A stretch of 64,000 bases of DNA. Source: Heteronotia binoei (lineage: Eukaryota). The notes beneath the pieces were generated by a model, which ran no database searches, was not told the origin of the DNA, and was given only the letters and a program-made list of their open reading frames with translations. The translations under genes and the position numbers were made by a program. Shown here piece by piece: positions 36,001-48,705 of the stretch. Where the stretch lies: positions 220,906,001 to 220,970,000 of the forward strand of contig NC_083223.1 in NCBI RefSeq assembly GCF_032191835.1, written 5' to 3'. Every line of letters starts with the position of its first letter. Positions within the stretch are counted from its first letter, which is position 1.

Positions 36001-38139
36001 TATCTGCACTTATTCAGCAACAGCATCCTACGGCAGTTTTATATCTGCAACATTCCCCAGCACCAAGCGACTGCTAGCACACTCCATCAAGAACTTTTCC
36101 TACAAAAGCTTAACTGAAATGGATCAATAGGGCTTGGATCAGATACCTTGCTGCTGTTTGCATTCCTTTTGCAGCACCTCTTGCACTAGACACTTCTCAG
36201 CTCCTTGAAAGATATTGGTCTTGATGAGCAGAAGCACCAAGTACCAGAAAAACATGCAACTCACAGCAGAGGACCATGAAGAAATGCAAGTACAGAATCA
36301 CAATACAGAATTCAAGCCACAATAGCACATCATGTGGCTTCTTTGCAAATTATTTTCCCCACCTTCTGGCAGCACAGTGTTATGTTTTCTGTGAGGCCAG
36401 GTTTATGAAGTGATAATGAAGAGAATGAAGTGATAGAATCTTAAAATGGCTGGGTGGATTATAAGTGAAGAATGCTCCCTATCTTTAAAAAAATGCATGC
36501 AAAAAATTAGCATATCAGGAAGGAAGTCCAGCTGACTCCCTATATGTTAGTTTTCTACCTGTAAGCAGTTTTTTTAATATAGGAGAGAATGTTGTTCCCA
36601 TATACACATATACACAAAGTGGTCAATTTTACCACCTACCACCTGGACCACCACATTTATGTATGCATTTTGTGCACAAGGAGATGTACAAAGTGATCCT
36701 AAGCAGAGTCACACCTTTCTAGGCTCACTGACTCCAATGTTCTTAAAATTCTGCTTACAATGGCACTCCAAGCCTAACATTGCAATCCCAGCATATTTAG
36801 AGATGGATAAATGAGCACAATTTCCTATCAACTGGGCCTGATAGGTTATGAAATGTTCAGAGATATAAAAGCAATTTTGACACATACTATACCTCTGCAA
36901 CCTCTTTTTACTAGCAAACATGCTTATTTTTAAATCAGGGGCACAGTGCACTCTCAAAAGGCATTTAAAGATACAAGGGAAAGAAGCTCTCACAAGCATG
37001 CCACAGTCTGATTTATTCTGCCTCTGGCTCATTTTGCCCAAATGTAGAGAGGATAATTACAGCTAGGCAGACCAAGTATGAGTGGCAGCCATGGTAGAGG
37101 TGGGGGAGCATCCAGGATGCTGGAACAGAGATGCTGAAAAATGAAACAAACCTTGGTAGTGTAACTGAACAACAATGGATTGCAAACATTGTATTTATAC
37201 TAGTGACATAAACATGTGAGAAATCTCAGGTGCTTGTGCTCACTTGCATAATAGGTTCTGGTACTCCAATTACAGGAACATCATAGAAATACAGATGATT
37301 TATGGAACCAGAGCCATGCCAGCTGCCTGGCCATTCGTAATCCTAACTCTCATCTCTAAAAGCATTATGGGCACTTTGTAGTATCAACATTTGTAGACTA
37401 ATAAATTAATCCTTACAACTTGGAAGAGTGATTATAAGGTTGTTGTCCTCTGCTTCTCGGCACTTCTCCCTTGTACTGTGATTCTTGTTCTTAAGAGTGC
37501 AGTTCCCATCATTCCTTGTAGAAACCACAACTAGTTTTCCAGTTTAAAATGTGTACTCTTCCTTAACAGGCTGTAATGTGGCTGCCATTTTTACAAAAAC
37601 AAGTAAACTATGCAATAATTTTACAATGTGTGTTGTTTCAAAAATAGCACAAGCAGATTTTAAAAAGAAAGCAGCACCGTTCTAAACCCTGAAACAGAAT
37701 TATGCAGTGATGAAAAACCCCAGACTCCATCTAAATAAATATTACCACTGCCCAGAAATCTGCTAATTCACTGACCTAATAGGCTTCTCTTAGTAGAGAA
37801 TTCTATATGATGAGTTAACAGAAGTTTAAGAATGAGGATACATATACAGTAGAGACATACCCTTATTTTCCTCACTTCAGCAAGGATTCCTATTGTTGGA
37901 CATATGGAATAGCTTCTCACAAATTCGTGCAATATAGAGTGACAGCAGGGACTATTGTCAGTTTTGAGGGGCACAAGGTAGTATATGGGCATGTGTGAAA
38001 CTAAGAACAAGTGAACCTACACACAATTGTTAATTGGAATGTTCAGAAATTCAAGCCCAGATTTTTAAAAACGTCAGAATTGGGATGGGAGGATTCCATT
38101 CAAAACACAGACATTATTATTGACGCCACCTTGTGGACA

Positions 38140-39584
38140 TATTTTTTACAATTGTATTTTAGAAAACAGTGAGGGTACAGAAAGGAAAAAGGGGAAATGG
38201 ATTGTACGACATAGTTACGTCTGTTGAAGATTATCATATAATACATAATGTATAGAACAGAGAATAATTTCCCTTTGATACCTCTCCTTATAATTTGAAG
38301 TCATTATCTATAAAATACAATAATTCTTATTTCTGTCAGGGCACGTATCCATCATTTAAGTTTTACATTTAAAATTTAATAACTAATCTATCTTGATTAC
38401 ACTGGTTTAATCATTACTACATATTCAGCATAACATATTTTAACCATTTCTGCATATTAATTAGAACCTTTAATAGATAAGTAGTGTATCATGGTGCAAA
38501 AGAAAGTTTATTATATATTATATATCTCATATAGAGAATCCTTTTATATTGGGGATATTACATTTGGAACAGATTTTAATTCTACTACTATTTAATTCCC
38601 ATACATTTGTATATGATGTTTTCTCACTTTAAGTTTGTCTCTTGCTAGCAAAATACACACACATTCCATCTTTCCTCAGATTTCATAATAGAGCCATTTC
38701 TCAAATAGGTTGTGAATTTTGCCATTACTGCATATTCAGCAAGTTTATTTTCCCATTCTTCTAAATGTGAACATATGTCTAGTTTCCATTATGTTGTGTA
38801 AATAGTTCTAGCTGCTGTCACCATGTATTTGAATAGCTCTTCTAAAATTTTCGGTAATTTGTTTGACAGAACACCTAATAGCATGCTCTTGGCTTCTACT
38901 GAGAATTTAAACTTTAAAATATTCTATATTTTTGGTGTATTTCTTTCCAACATTTTTTTGCTTTCTTACAAGTCCACTACATATGAAAGAAGGTTTCATC
39001 TATGTCTTGACATTTCCAACATTTTCCTTTGTAGTTTGTGCTTTCCCAATGTCCTTTGGAGTCTGAAAACCAATTTTCTGTTAGTGTATACATTTGATAA
39101 CTTTTTCCCATAGTTGTTTTAATTACTGCATTAGTATCTGTTCTTTAAGGTTTTGCATCCACTTAATCATATTTTTTCACTTGTTCATCTTCTGTTTCTA
39201 GCTGGAGTAAAAACTTATACATCCATTGTAGTAAATGCTCTTTTTCTTTTATAATTAGCTGCTCAAATTCAGTCAGAACTCCACCTTCAGTACTCATTAT
39301 CTCCTTTAATCTTGAGACTCATTGATATATCAATTGAATGTTTACACATTCATCCTTACTACCTTGCCAAGACTTGATTTATCCCTGAGTGTTTATCATC
39401 ATTCCATAAATTAAAAAATATTTTTTTTCTATTTTTAACCTAATGAGCTTCTATTGGAGACATAAGCAAAAAAATTGAGGGGTTCAATAGATTCCAACAT
39501 GTAAACTATATTCTCAAAAGTCCATCTCTGATTATGTGACTTCTTTCTTGTGTTATGATCTTTTTTAGACAATGTCTTAATAAA
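38140..39584 (-). mobile_element. Old L1 LINE 3' fragment (ORF2 C-terminus plus 3' UTR)
   Basis: Manual minus-strand translation gives CWKCQDIDETFFHM*WTCKKAKKCWKEIH (L1 ORF2 cysteine-rich motif) and LFKYMVTAARTIY..WK....LEEWENKL. Confidence 0.8.
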
Positions 39585-40143
39585 TTAATAAAAGGGAACA
39601 CAGGCAGTGGCAAATCATATGCAAGACTGTGATCAGGCAGGCAAAAAGGGACTATGAGGAGCATATTGCAAAAAACATAAAGACCAACAATAAAAATTTC
39701 TTCAAATATATTAAAAGCAGGAAACCAGCCAGGGAGGCAGTGGGGCCCTTAGATGACCAAGGGGCCAAAGGATTACTGAAGGAGGATAGGGAAATGGCTG
39801 AGAAGCTGAATGCATTTTTTGCCTTCGTCTTCACTGTGAAAGATGAGAAGTGTTTGCCTGTTCCAGAACCACTTATATTGGAAGGGGTGTCGAAAGACCT
39901 GAGTCAGATTGAGGTGACAAGAGAGGAAGCCCTACAACTGATTGACGAATTAAAAACTAATAGGTCACCAGGTCCGGATGGCATACATCCAAGAGTTCTG
40001 AAAGAACTCAACGTTGAACTTGTGGATCTTTTGACAAAAATATGTAATCTTTCATTGAAATCTGCCTCTGTTCCTGAGGACTGGAAGGTAGCAAATGTCA
40101 CCCCCATCTTTAAAAAGGGTCCCAGAGGAGATCCGGGTAACTA
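39585..40143 (+). mobile_element. CR1 ORF2 internal fragment, truncated at both ends
   Basis: ORF 39629-40201 matches the nested CR1 (KYIKSRK, RSPGPDGI, PEDWKVANVTPIFKKG) and stops at GNY. Confidence 0.92.
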
Positions 40144-42212
40144 TTATAATAATAATAATGCTGTCCAACCTTGCAGTGCTGTTGTAAGAATGCTGAATTA
40201 ATGTGTGTGCAATGGCAATCCCTGGCTGCCTCTGGGAGATACAGAATGCTTTCTAGCCCCAAATTCCTGCACTTACAGGCGGGTTGTCTATTTCTCCTGG
40301 CCCCAACTAAGGACAAAAAAAGCTTTAAAAACATATATCCTGCCATCACTGTAGCCTTCAACTAGGGAGTTGAAGACATCTAAAAATGAAGCACTTAGCT
40401 TTTAAAGTCTGCCTAAAGGTGTCTGTTCAATAATTTTATAAGACAGCTAAAGATATATTAAGAGGCAAGTAGCCCAGTAGGTATAACCAAAACTTGAGAG
40501 TGTTATCCCAAAGGTATAGTCTTGCAGAAAAGATATTATTAAAAGAAAATCAAAATTTTATACTACACACCAAAAGATAGAAGTGTAAAAGTTCTAAAAA
40601 TGAGGGAGGGGATCATTTCTGCATGAATCAATCCAAATAGGGCTCTCAGCTTATTTACAGGAACTGACATTTGTTCAGTGGCTCAGCCATGTTGCTTCTC
40701 CAACAGGAAAAGAAAACAGTAAATTAAAAAACACTGTAGTTCAAGTTCACTCTTTGTACTTTGAATGCACTGTATATATGTTACATGTTGCTATTTCAGC
40801 TGTCAACAAGACCACCACTTGCACTCTGGATGCTTGCCCTTCCTGGCTGCTATAATCATAAAAGGACCACACCAACCAAGTCTTAATGTCCATTATAAGT
40901 CAGTCACTAGCTCAGGGCACCTTCCCTAGGCTACTCTGCAACTTAAAAACCATCCCTACAGAAAAATGATGTGGCGTACTATAAACCAAATAAATAAATG
41001 AGCTAAATGCTAGAGTTTATAAAATCTGCTTTCTGAAATTGTGGCTCATCATTAATGATTTTTTAAAAAGTTAAACAATGCTCTGATATAGAATGCAATT
41101 CCTTGCTCATGGATTTTGCTCAACCAAAGTGGGTGATAAGATAATTTATGCAAAAAACAACTAATCCTTTATTAATCATTGGGGCATGTATGTGCTCTTG
41201 ATTGTGGAAATTATCAGCAGAAAACTAATGCAATGTAAGATTTATCTACAGGAGAGTTGATTAAAAGTGTAATTGATTAAAGATCAGCATTTAAAAAGCT
41301 ATACACTTGCACTTTAGAGGCCAAGCTGAAAGTCAATTGCATCTGCCTCTATGTTCCAGATTATGTGGTTTATTTATAAGCCTCTGATACATTTAACTTT
41401 TGAGAATCCTGCCTTGGGGTTACCTCATTGGAAATTCTGAGCTTCTTGTTCTATTGTGCCCTTTGCTTTTACCATCAAATGCTGTCCTGTAAATAATTAT
41501 ATTTTATGTGGGAAAGAAATGGTTGAGGTATAGACCATCCCCTTTAAAGGGTTTCTACCCCTTTAAAGGGTTTCTAGAATACATTGCCTGCCTGTAGAAG
41601 GCCTGATTTTAATTCTTTTATTGCTTTATTATTATTTTGTGTACACCACTTTGAACCATGCAATAAAATAGCACACATAATTGTAAATCAAAATACAAAG
41701 CTTACCTGGACATCATGCTGGCAGCCAGTGCATTTTATAGAATCCATTCTCACAAAAATGAGGACATTGTGAGCTTGCTCTCACAAAATCTTATCTAGAT
41801 GCTGTAGTCCACGTTTATGCCCTCAGCTGTCTCATAAGAGATGTCCTATGGGATCAGAACAATAGTGCACTGAATCCAGCATCCTATTTCACACAGCGGC
41901 CAATGTAGCCTTTGAGGGGCAACAAACAGGGCACGGAGACAAGGGCCTTTCCCTGATGTTACTTCCTAGCACTGGTATTCAGAGGCAGCACTGGAGATAG
42001 CCATTTGTAGGCTGTTCTATGCCAGTCTACATTGAACATGCAAGTAATTTAGTATTCTTCTACTAAGATTCTGGGTGCTTGTAGTGCTGCACATGTAAGC
42101 TTTTTATGCATGTCTAGCCTCTTGTTTATCATCCAGAATAGGGAAGGGATTTAAATCCCCACAGAGACTAAAGCAAGCAATAGTTGGGTAGGAGGTCTTC
42201 CTGTCTCCTCAA

Positions 42213-42346
42213 CAGGGGTGGAATTCTAGCAGGAGCTTCTTTGCATATTCAGCCACATACCCCTGATGTAGCCAATACTCCAAGAGCTTACAAAAAAGAG
42301 CCTTGGCCTAATATGCCAAGGAGCTCCTGCTAGAATTCCACCTCTA
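42213..42346. mobile_element. hAT-type MITE (octamer/CCAAT-bearing family)
   Basis: TIR of about 24 bp caggggtggaattctagcaggagc; TSD ctcctcaa / ctcctcac. Confidence 0.8.
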
Positions 42347-43072
42347 CTCCTCACCAATTCTGCCAAAAAGAGTAACAGTTGAAGGGTTGAGGGGCAGTCT
42401 TAGTTCAACTAAATAAAGCTACTAACTTCGGACAGTTGCTTCTATTTGAATTTATTTTTAAAAAAACATTATGCAGCCTTTCTACCCAACTTAGGATACC
42501 CAAGGTGGAGAACAATTAAAAAAAATTAAAGCAAGCTTTTAAAATATTTATTATGAAAACAATTTTTTAAAACCTTTCTTGCAACAGCAGAAAAATGATC
42601 AGAAAATCACCATCAACTTGACACTCTAGAATTCACCAGAAACTCTATGGTAAAACCAGAAATGATGTCATACTGTTGATGTGACAGTGGTCCCCATGTC
42701 CTCACCCCCCCCCCCCCAGTCTCCTATCAAGTGCCAACCGCAATCAGGAAGTCTCTTTCTTGGGTCGCCACCAATCTTGACACAAAATAGTGAGGGCAAC
42801 TAATGAAGGGTCCCTGAAGATGACTGCAGTAGTCAGGTAGGTTCATATAGAACCAATTGGCAACACCTACCCTATTATGGGGGTCATGCTGGCAGCCAAT
42901 GCATTTTATACTAATAGAATCCATTCTCACAAAAATGAGGACATTGTGAGCTTGCTCTCACAAAACCTTATCTAGATGCTGTAGCCCATGTTTATGGGAC
43001 TTCGCTAACTTAAATAAGTACACTCAGAGAATAAGAGCAAGAAGAGAAAACAAAGGATGGTATGCTGACAAT

Positions 43073-43252
43073 CAGGGGTTTTTTTGTAGCAGGATCTCCT
43101 TTGCATATTAGGCCACAAACCCCTGATGTAGCCAATCTTCCTGGAGCTTACAGTAGGCCCTGTACTAAGAGTCCTACAATATCTTGGAGGATTGGCTACA
43201 TTAGGAGTGTGTGGTCTAATATGCAAAGGAGTTCCTGCCACAAAAAAGCCCT
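43073..43252. mobile_element. Palindromic MITE, same superfamily as 42213, 46768 and 58669
   Basis: Self-complementary ttttgtagcagga...tttgcatatt / aatatgcaaagga...caaaaaagccct; no TSD seen. Confidence 0.75.
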
Positions 43253-43332
43253 CCCACTGTGTGGTCAGAGTCCCACCTCTTAGAATGTGTTTGGAATAAG
43301 TATATAATTCATGGAATAAGTATATAATTCAT

Positions 43333-43937
43333 ATAATAATACCGTCATCACCTGCGACTCCTTGAGCGCTTTCATCAGCGCTGCCTTCGCACCATCCTCA
43401 ACATCCACTGGAGTGACTTTGTGACCAACACTGAAGTCCTCAAGCGGGCAGAGGTTACCAGCATCGAGGCACTGCTGTTGAAGACGCAGCTGCGCTGGGC
43501 AGGGCATATTTCTAGGATGGAAAACCACCGCCTTCCCAAGATTGCCCTGTATGGCGAACTCTCCACCGGCCATCGAAATAGAGGGGCACCAAAGAAGAGG
43601 TACAAGGACTCCTTGAAGAAATCCCTTAGCACCTGTCACATCAACCATCACCAGTGGTCTGACCTAGCCTCAGATCGCAAAGCATGGAGGCACACCATCC
43701 ACCAGGCTGTCTCTTCCTTTGAGAACACACGCATAGCTGGTCTTGAGGACAAAAGGAGATTGAGGAAGAATCGCACTGCTACAGGACCAACCCTAAATCA
43801 GACTTTTCCCTGCAGCCGCTGTGGCCGGACCTGCCTGTCCCGCATTGGTCTTGTCAGCCACCAGCGAGCCTGCAGCAAACGTGGACTATTGCACCCTTCT
43901 TAAATCTTCGTTCGCGAAGCCAAGCCGAGAGAGAGAG
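43333..43937 (+). mobile_element. RTE-clade LINE, 5'-truncated
   Basis: ORF 43421-43903 QLRWAGHISRM...LPKIALYGEL...RGAPKKRYKD with C-terminal CSRCGRTCLSRIGLVSHQRAC; (GA)n tail; 9-bp TSD ataattcat (43324-43332, 43938-43946). Confidence 0.92.
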
Positions 43938-44647
43938 ATAATTCATGTCTGGCAAAGCTCAAACTATTATCTTGACTTAAGAGGGGTTTGTAGCATACTG
44001 TGAGATCATCCCTGCCTTTCATGTGTCTTCTGTCTAAGTGATAAGAACTTTCATTGTATATTCCATGATGGGTACATGCCACCATACACTATGGAAAGTA
44101 AATAAGCCGAAGTATGTTGGATCCCATGGAAAATATCTGCTGGTGGAAATTTTTCCTCTCTGGGACTGCAGCCTCCCCCCCTCCCACTTCAGCCCAAAAT
44201 CCTTCAGCCCTAGTGTTGCTCCTGAAGAACACAGGATCCCCACAACAGCATAATCAGAAGTCTGTCTGGGGGAGCAGGAATTGACAAAAATCACCTCCCT
44301 TCCATCATCATAAACCCTCTGCGAGATTCTACCCACAGCCTTCTTTACTAGCTTCCTGATAAGGTATGCTTTCCTACAGTTCTTACCTGCTGCCACCACT
44401 TCCTGGTATGGGCACAGTGTGGCAGAGACAATGTTAGATATTCATGCATGCCCCATGTGAGTTTTCCTCCAGAAGTAGTCAGCTGTGCAAATGACTGCAC
44501 ACACTCATCTGGTGGTGCTTCTTTGTCATGTTCAAGGCTGCTGTAAGAATTCTGTCCTTTTGTATTTGTTTGTTCTAATTTTAAATAAGTTGTTGACTGA
44601 TAACTTATTAGACTATCAAGAGTCTGAGGCTGGAGATAGGCACTGCA

Positions 44648-46209
44648 AGCAGAATTATTGGCCGGTCTCAAATTTACCTTTCTTGGGTAAAATTATCAAG
44701 AGGGCAGTAGCGTTACAATTGCAGAGCTTCCTTGAGGATGCTTCCGTCCTAGACCCACACCAGTCCGGCTTTCGCCTGGGCCATGGGACGGAGACGGTGC
44801 TGGTCACCTTAGTAGATGATCTCCAGAGACAACTGGATTGAGGCGGGTCAGCAGTGCTGTTGTTATTGGACCTGTCAGTGGCGTTCAACATGGTCAACCA
44901 TCAGTTGCTGGTTCACCGCCTCGCCGATGCGGGGATTCAGGGGTTAGCCTTACAATGGCTTTCGTCCTTTCTCTGTGATCGGGGACAAAGGGTGGCGATT
45001 GGGGGACGATCGTCCCAGAGGCGCCGATATCAGTGGCATCCCTCAGGGGGCAGTGCTTTTCCCGATGTTGTTTAATATCTACATGCGCCCCCTTGTCCAG
45101 ATTGTCAGGCGATTCGGGCTGGGCTGCCATCAGTATGCAGATGACACTCAGCTTTATCTGCTGATGGATGGCCGGCCTGCCTCTGCCCCCAAAAAACTGG
45201 CCCCGGCGTTACAAGCCGTGGCAGGGTGGCTCAGGCTGAGTCATCTGAAGCTGAACCCAACGAAAACAGAAGTCCTTTGTCTGAGTTGTGGTGGCCTGGA
45301 AAGGGAAATCCCTTTACCAGCCTTTGATGGGGTGCCACTGATATCGGCGCCTAAAGTCAAGAGCTTGGGGGTGCTACTGGAGCCCACATTGACTATGGAG
45401 GCCCAGATAGCAGCCACTGCGAGATCCGCCTTTTTCCATCTTAGGCGGGCACAACAGCTGGCACCCGTCCTAGAGCACAGCGACTTAGCAACAGTGATTC
45501 ATGCTACGGTCACCTCAAGACTAGACTACTGTAATGCCCTCTACATGGGGCTGCCCATGTCTTGAATCCGGAAGCTGCAGCTGGTGCAGAATGCTGCAGC
45601 CAGGCTGTTACTGGGTCTCTCTATTTGGGATCATGTGCAGCCGGGGCTGTGGAGACTGCATTGGCTGCCAATAGTATTCCAGATTCGCTACAAGGTGCTG
45701 GTTATTACCTTTAAAGCCCTATATGGCCGAGGTCCTGTCTACCTTAGGGACCATCTCTCCCCACATATTCCCCAGAGGGTACTGAGATCTGGATCACAAC
45801 ATCTATTAGAAATCCCCGGGACGAGGGAGGCGAGATTGAAGGCTACCAGAGAACGAGCCTTCTCTGTTGCTGCCCCCCACTGGTGGAACCAACTCCCTGA
45901 TGATGTTAGAGCCTTGCGAGACCTTGCCCAATTCCACAAGGCTTGTAAAACAACACTTTTTCGAATGGCCTTCAACTAAAGTACAGAGCTGCTTAACATC
46001 ATGGTATGGAATTTAGCACCAAAACTGTTTTTAAAATATGTTCAGTATTTAAAGTGTAATTGTTAATTTTAATTGATCTTACTGTAATTGTTTTTATTGC
46101 TTTATAGTTTTATTGTGGATATTTAATGATGTTGTTAAGCCGCCCTGAGCCTGCTTTGGCGGGGAGGGCGGGATATAAATGTGAAAAATAAATAAATAAA
46201 TAAATAAAA
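44648..46209 (+). mobile_element. L2-clade LINE, 5'-truncated, frameshifted RT
   Basis: NYWPVSNLPFLGK, QSGFRLGHGTET, LLDLSVAF, HQYADD, SRLDYCN and HWLP; tail ending in (taaa)n. Confidence 0.94.
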
Positions 46210-46767
46210 CCTTTGTTTGCTGCAAAAGTAAGTGCAAAAGTTATCAGCATAGCAGTTCATAAGGCTCAGGTCTGTCTTTTTGAAAACTCTCCTTGACAAA
46301 ACAATTCCCAGGAGGCGAAGCCAGCTGCTGCTTCAAATCAGCACAAACCCATTTACATAAAAGACATGTGCTGGCCATACAGTAGTGGAGCATCTAACCT
46401 GAACTTCTCAGACACAAGATAATCAGGCTTCTCTTTCTGCCACTTACAAGCAGAGAATGGCAGAGGTGCAAGAGTGCATCTCCTCTAAGTAGCAGATATA
46501 TGAACAGATTGCAGCAGCCCACACCTTCACCTTACAAAGTCCAGCTGCCACAAGGAAATATGTGGTGTATTTTTGGAGTGAGATTATGAAACACTGTCAG
46601 CAGTAACAAACACCTCTCCTGCAGCAATGGCGAAGGCTTGCCATAAGACTGATTTCAAGAAGGATCCCTGAAATCATGGTATTTAAATGACTCAGGTCTA
46701 AATTCTTGAGTATAGTCAGCTTTTCCAGTTGTGAGCGCCTTATATTATAAAGAAAGTTATTAGTACT

Positions 46768-46933
46768 AGGGCTTTTTTTGTAGCAGGAACTCCTTTGCAT
46801 ATTGGGCCACATCTCCCTGATGTAGCCAATCCTCCAAGAGCTTACAGTAGGTCCTGTAAGCTCTTAGAAGACTGGCTACATCAGGGGTGTGTGGCCCCAA
46901 TATGCAATGGAGTTCCTGCTACAAAAAAAGCTG
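46768..46933. mobile_element. Palindromic MITE (octamer/CCAAT-bearing family)
   Basis: Arms agggctttttttgtagcaggaactcctttgcatatt / aatatgcaatggagttcctgctacaaaaaaagc. Confidence 0.78.
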
Positions 46934-46934
46934 T

Positions 46935-47135
46935 ATGGTGTGGTTAGACTAGGATCTGGGAGATCTGGATTCAAATCCCCAGTTACCTCTGACATTTGCT
47001 GGGTGATCATGGGCCAGTCCTGCTCTCTTAGCCTACCTCATAGGGTTGTTGTGAGGGTAGAATGGGAAAGGAAGAACAATGTATGCTGCCCTGAGCTCCT
47101 TGGAGGAAAAGGGGGTAAAAAATGTATGGGACACA
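46935..47135 (+). mobile_element. Degenerate tRNA-type SINE
   Basis: gtatggtgtggttag A-box-like, ggattcaaatcc B-box-like, cctacctcatagggttgttgtgagg core. Confidence 0.6.
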
Positions 47136-48440
47136 GATATGAAATTTCCTCTTCATCACTAGTAGTTGCTCCTATGTATGGAAAGTTGCGTCCGCCATCA
47201 TAAAATTGTAGTCCTGGTGAACCTGAAGGTCATCTGGTCCTACCTAAGATCCTCAGTACTGCTTAATCTCCCTTCTGCTAAAGTGGTTCAGCACGGTGAG
47301 GTTGTTTTCTAGTGATACTTTGGGGTTGGTCTCTTAGTCATGCTTTGAGGACTGGCTGTACTGGATATTTTTGTCTGGGTTTGTTATGTTTTAGCTATAT
47401 ACTGGCAGCTGCCTCAAGCACCTTGGGGGCTGAGAGTTGCAGGATAAACCTTTTGTAAGTAAGAAAATGTTAAAGGTAGAAAAGAAGCCATTTAGCCACT
47501 ATGGCCAGTTCATATTTTAGATACTCTATTCAACATGTGCAGCCCATAGACAAGCCAGGGAAGACTTTTCTCTGAAATGATTGCCATGAATAATAAATAT
47601 GTCGGAGAACATTATGGGCTGTTCATGAGCAATTTGTGGGTAGACAAAGGAGCATATAATTCTTCAGATGAAATATTTTGTTCAAACCTTGAGAAAAGGG
47701 CTAGAACCAGAAAGAGCCACTGTCATTGCTAGAAAACAAATCAGAGTCTTGTGGCACCTCCAACACTAAACATATTTTCTTTTAGCTTAAGCTTTTTGTG
47801 AACAGCACTCTGTTTAGGTATCCAGCATTAAATGAGAGTTACATGCTTAGCCTGTCCCCGTAATCTTGTTCTAGGGGTTATGTCGGCTACTACAATGGGC
47901 ATTTTTCAAAAGTACCTCTTCTGGGTATTTATGTACTTATTTACAAGCTTTCTCTCCAGCTTTTTGGTTCTAGCTGGGAACTGAAATCAGCAAAGATAGA
48001 AACCAACAAAAAATATAATGCAGAAATAAAGTAAAATCCAGGAATAGATTTTTAAACTCTCAGAATAAGACTCAGCTGCAGATAAAAACATTCATAGCCC
48101 TATCCACAGAAACAACATGCCAGCTGGAAGCCAGACTAGTACAGTATGTAGTACATTGAACTGGAATCAGGGAGAACTGGGTTCAGATTTGCATTTAGGC
48201 ATTATGTTCACTTGGTCCATGTTTTTTTCAGCTTTCCTTACCTTTACAAAATGAAATCAAGAGACCTTTGGTTGAGGTGATGGACATCCATGTAATTTGG
48301 CTCCCATACAATAGCCTCTTTACATGGGCCCAGTTCTGAGAAATTTGTGCTCAGCGGCACCTGTCTCTGACTTTGTGTATTCCTGCCTGATGGCTGTCTG
48401 TTTTAACTTTTATTTTAACTGTTTAGTATATTTATATTTT

Positions 48441-48705
48441 AGGAGCCCCGTGGTGCAGAGTGGTAAAGCTGCAGTACTGCAGTCTGAGCTCTCTGCTCAT
48501 GACCTGAGTTCAATCCCAGTGGAAGCTGGGTTCAGATAGCCTTCTGAGTTCGGTGAAATGAGTACCCAGCTTGCTGGGGGGAAAGTGTAGATGACGGGGC
48601 AAACTACCCCATAAAAAAAAGTCTGCCATGAAAACATCGTAATGCAATGTCACCCCAGAGTCGGAAACGACTGGTACTTGCACAAGGGACTACCTTTACC
48701 TTTTT
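48441..48705 (+). mobile_element. Sauria SINE
   Basis: tRNA-like head ggtgcagagtggtaaagc...gagttcaatcc; (accttt)n tail; 13-bp TSD atatttatatttt (48428-48440, 48706-48718). Confidence 0.92.

Noticed and set aside
36040-36360. Protein-like short frames on both strands, including a signal-peptide-like MFFWYLVLLLIK
   Set aside because: They are short, have no consistent splice chain and match nothing I recognise.
41539-41576. 19-bp tandem duplication containing the palindrome ccctttaaaggg
   Set aside because: It is consistent with simple slippage and has no further structure.
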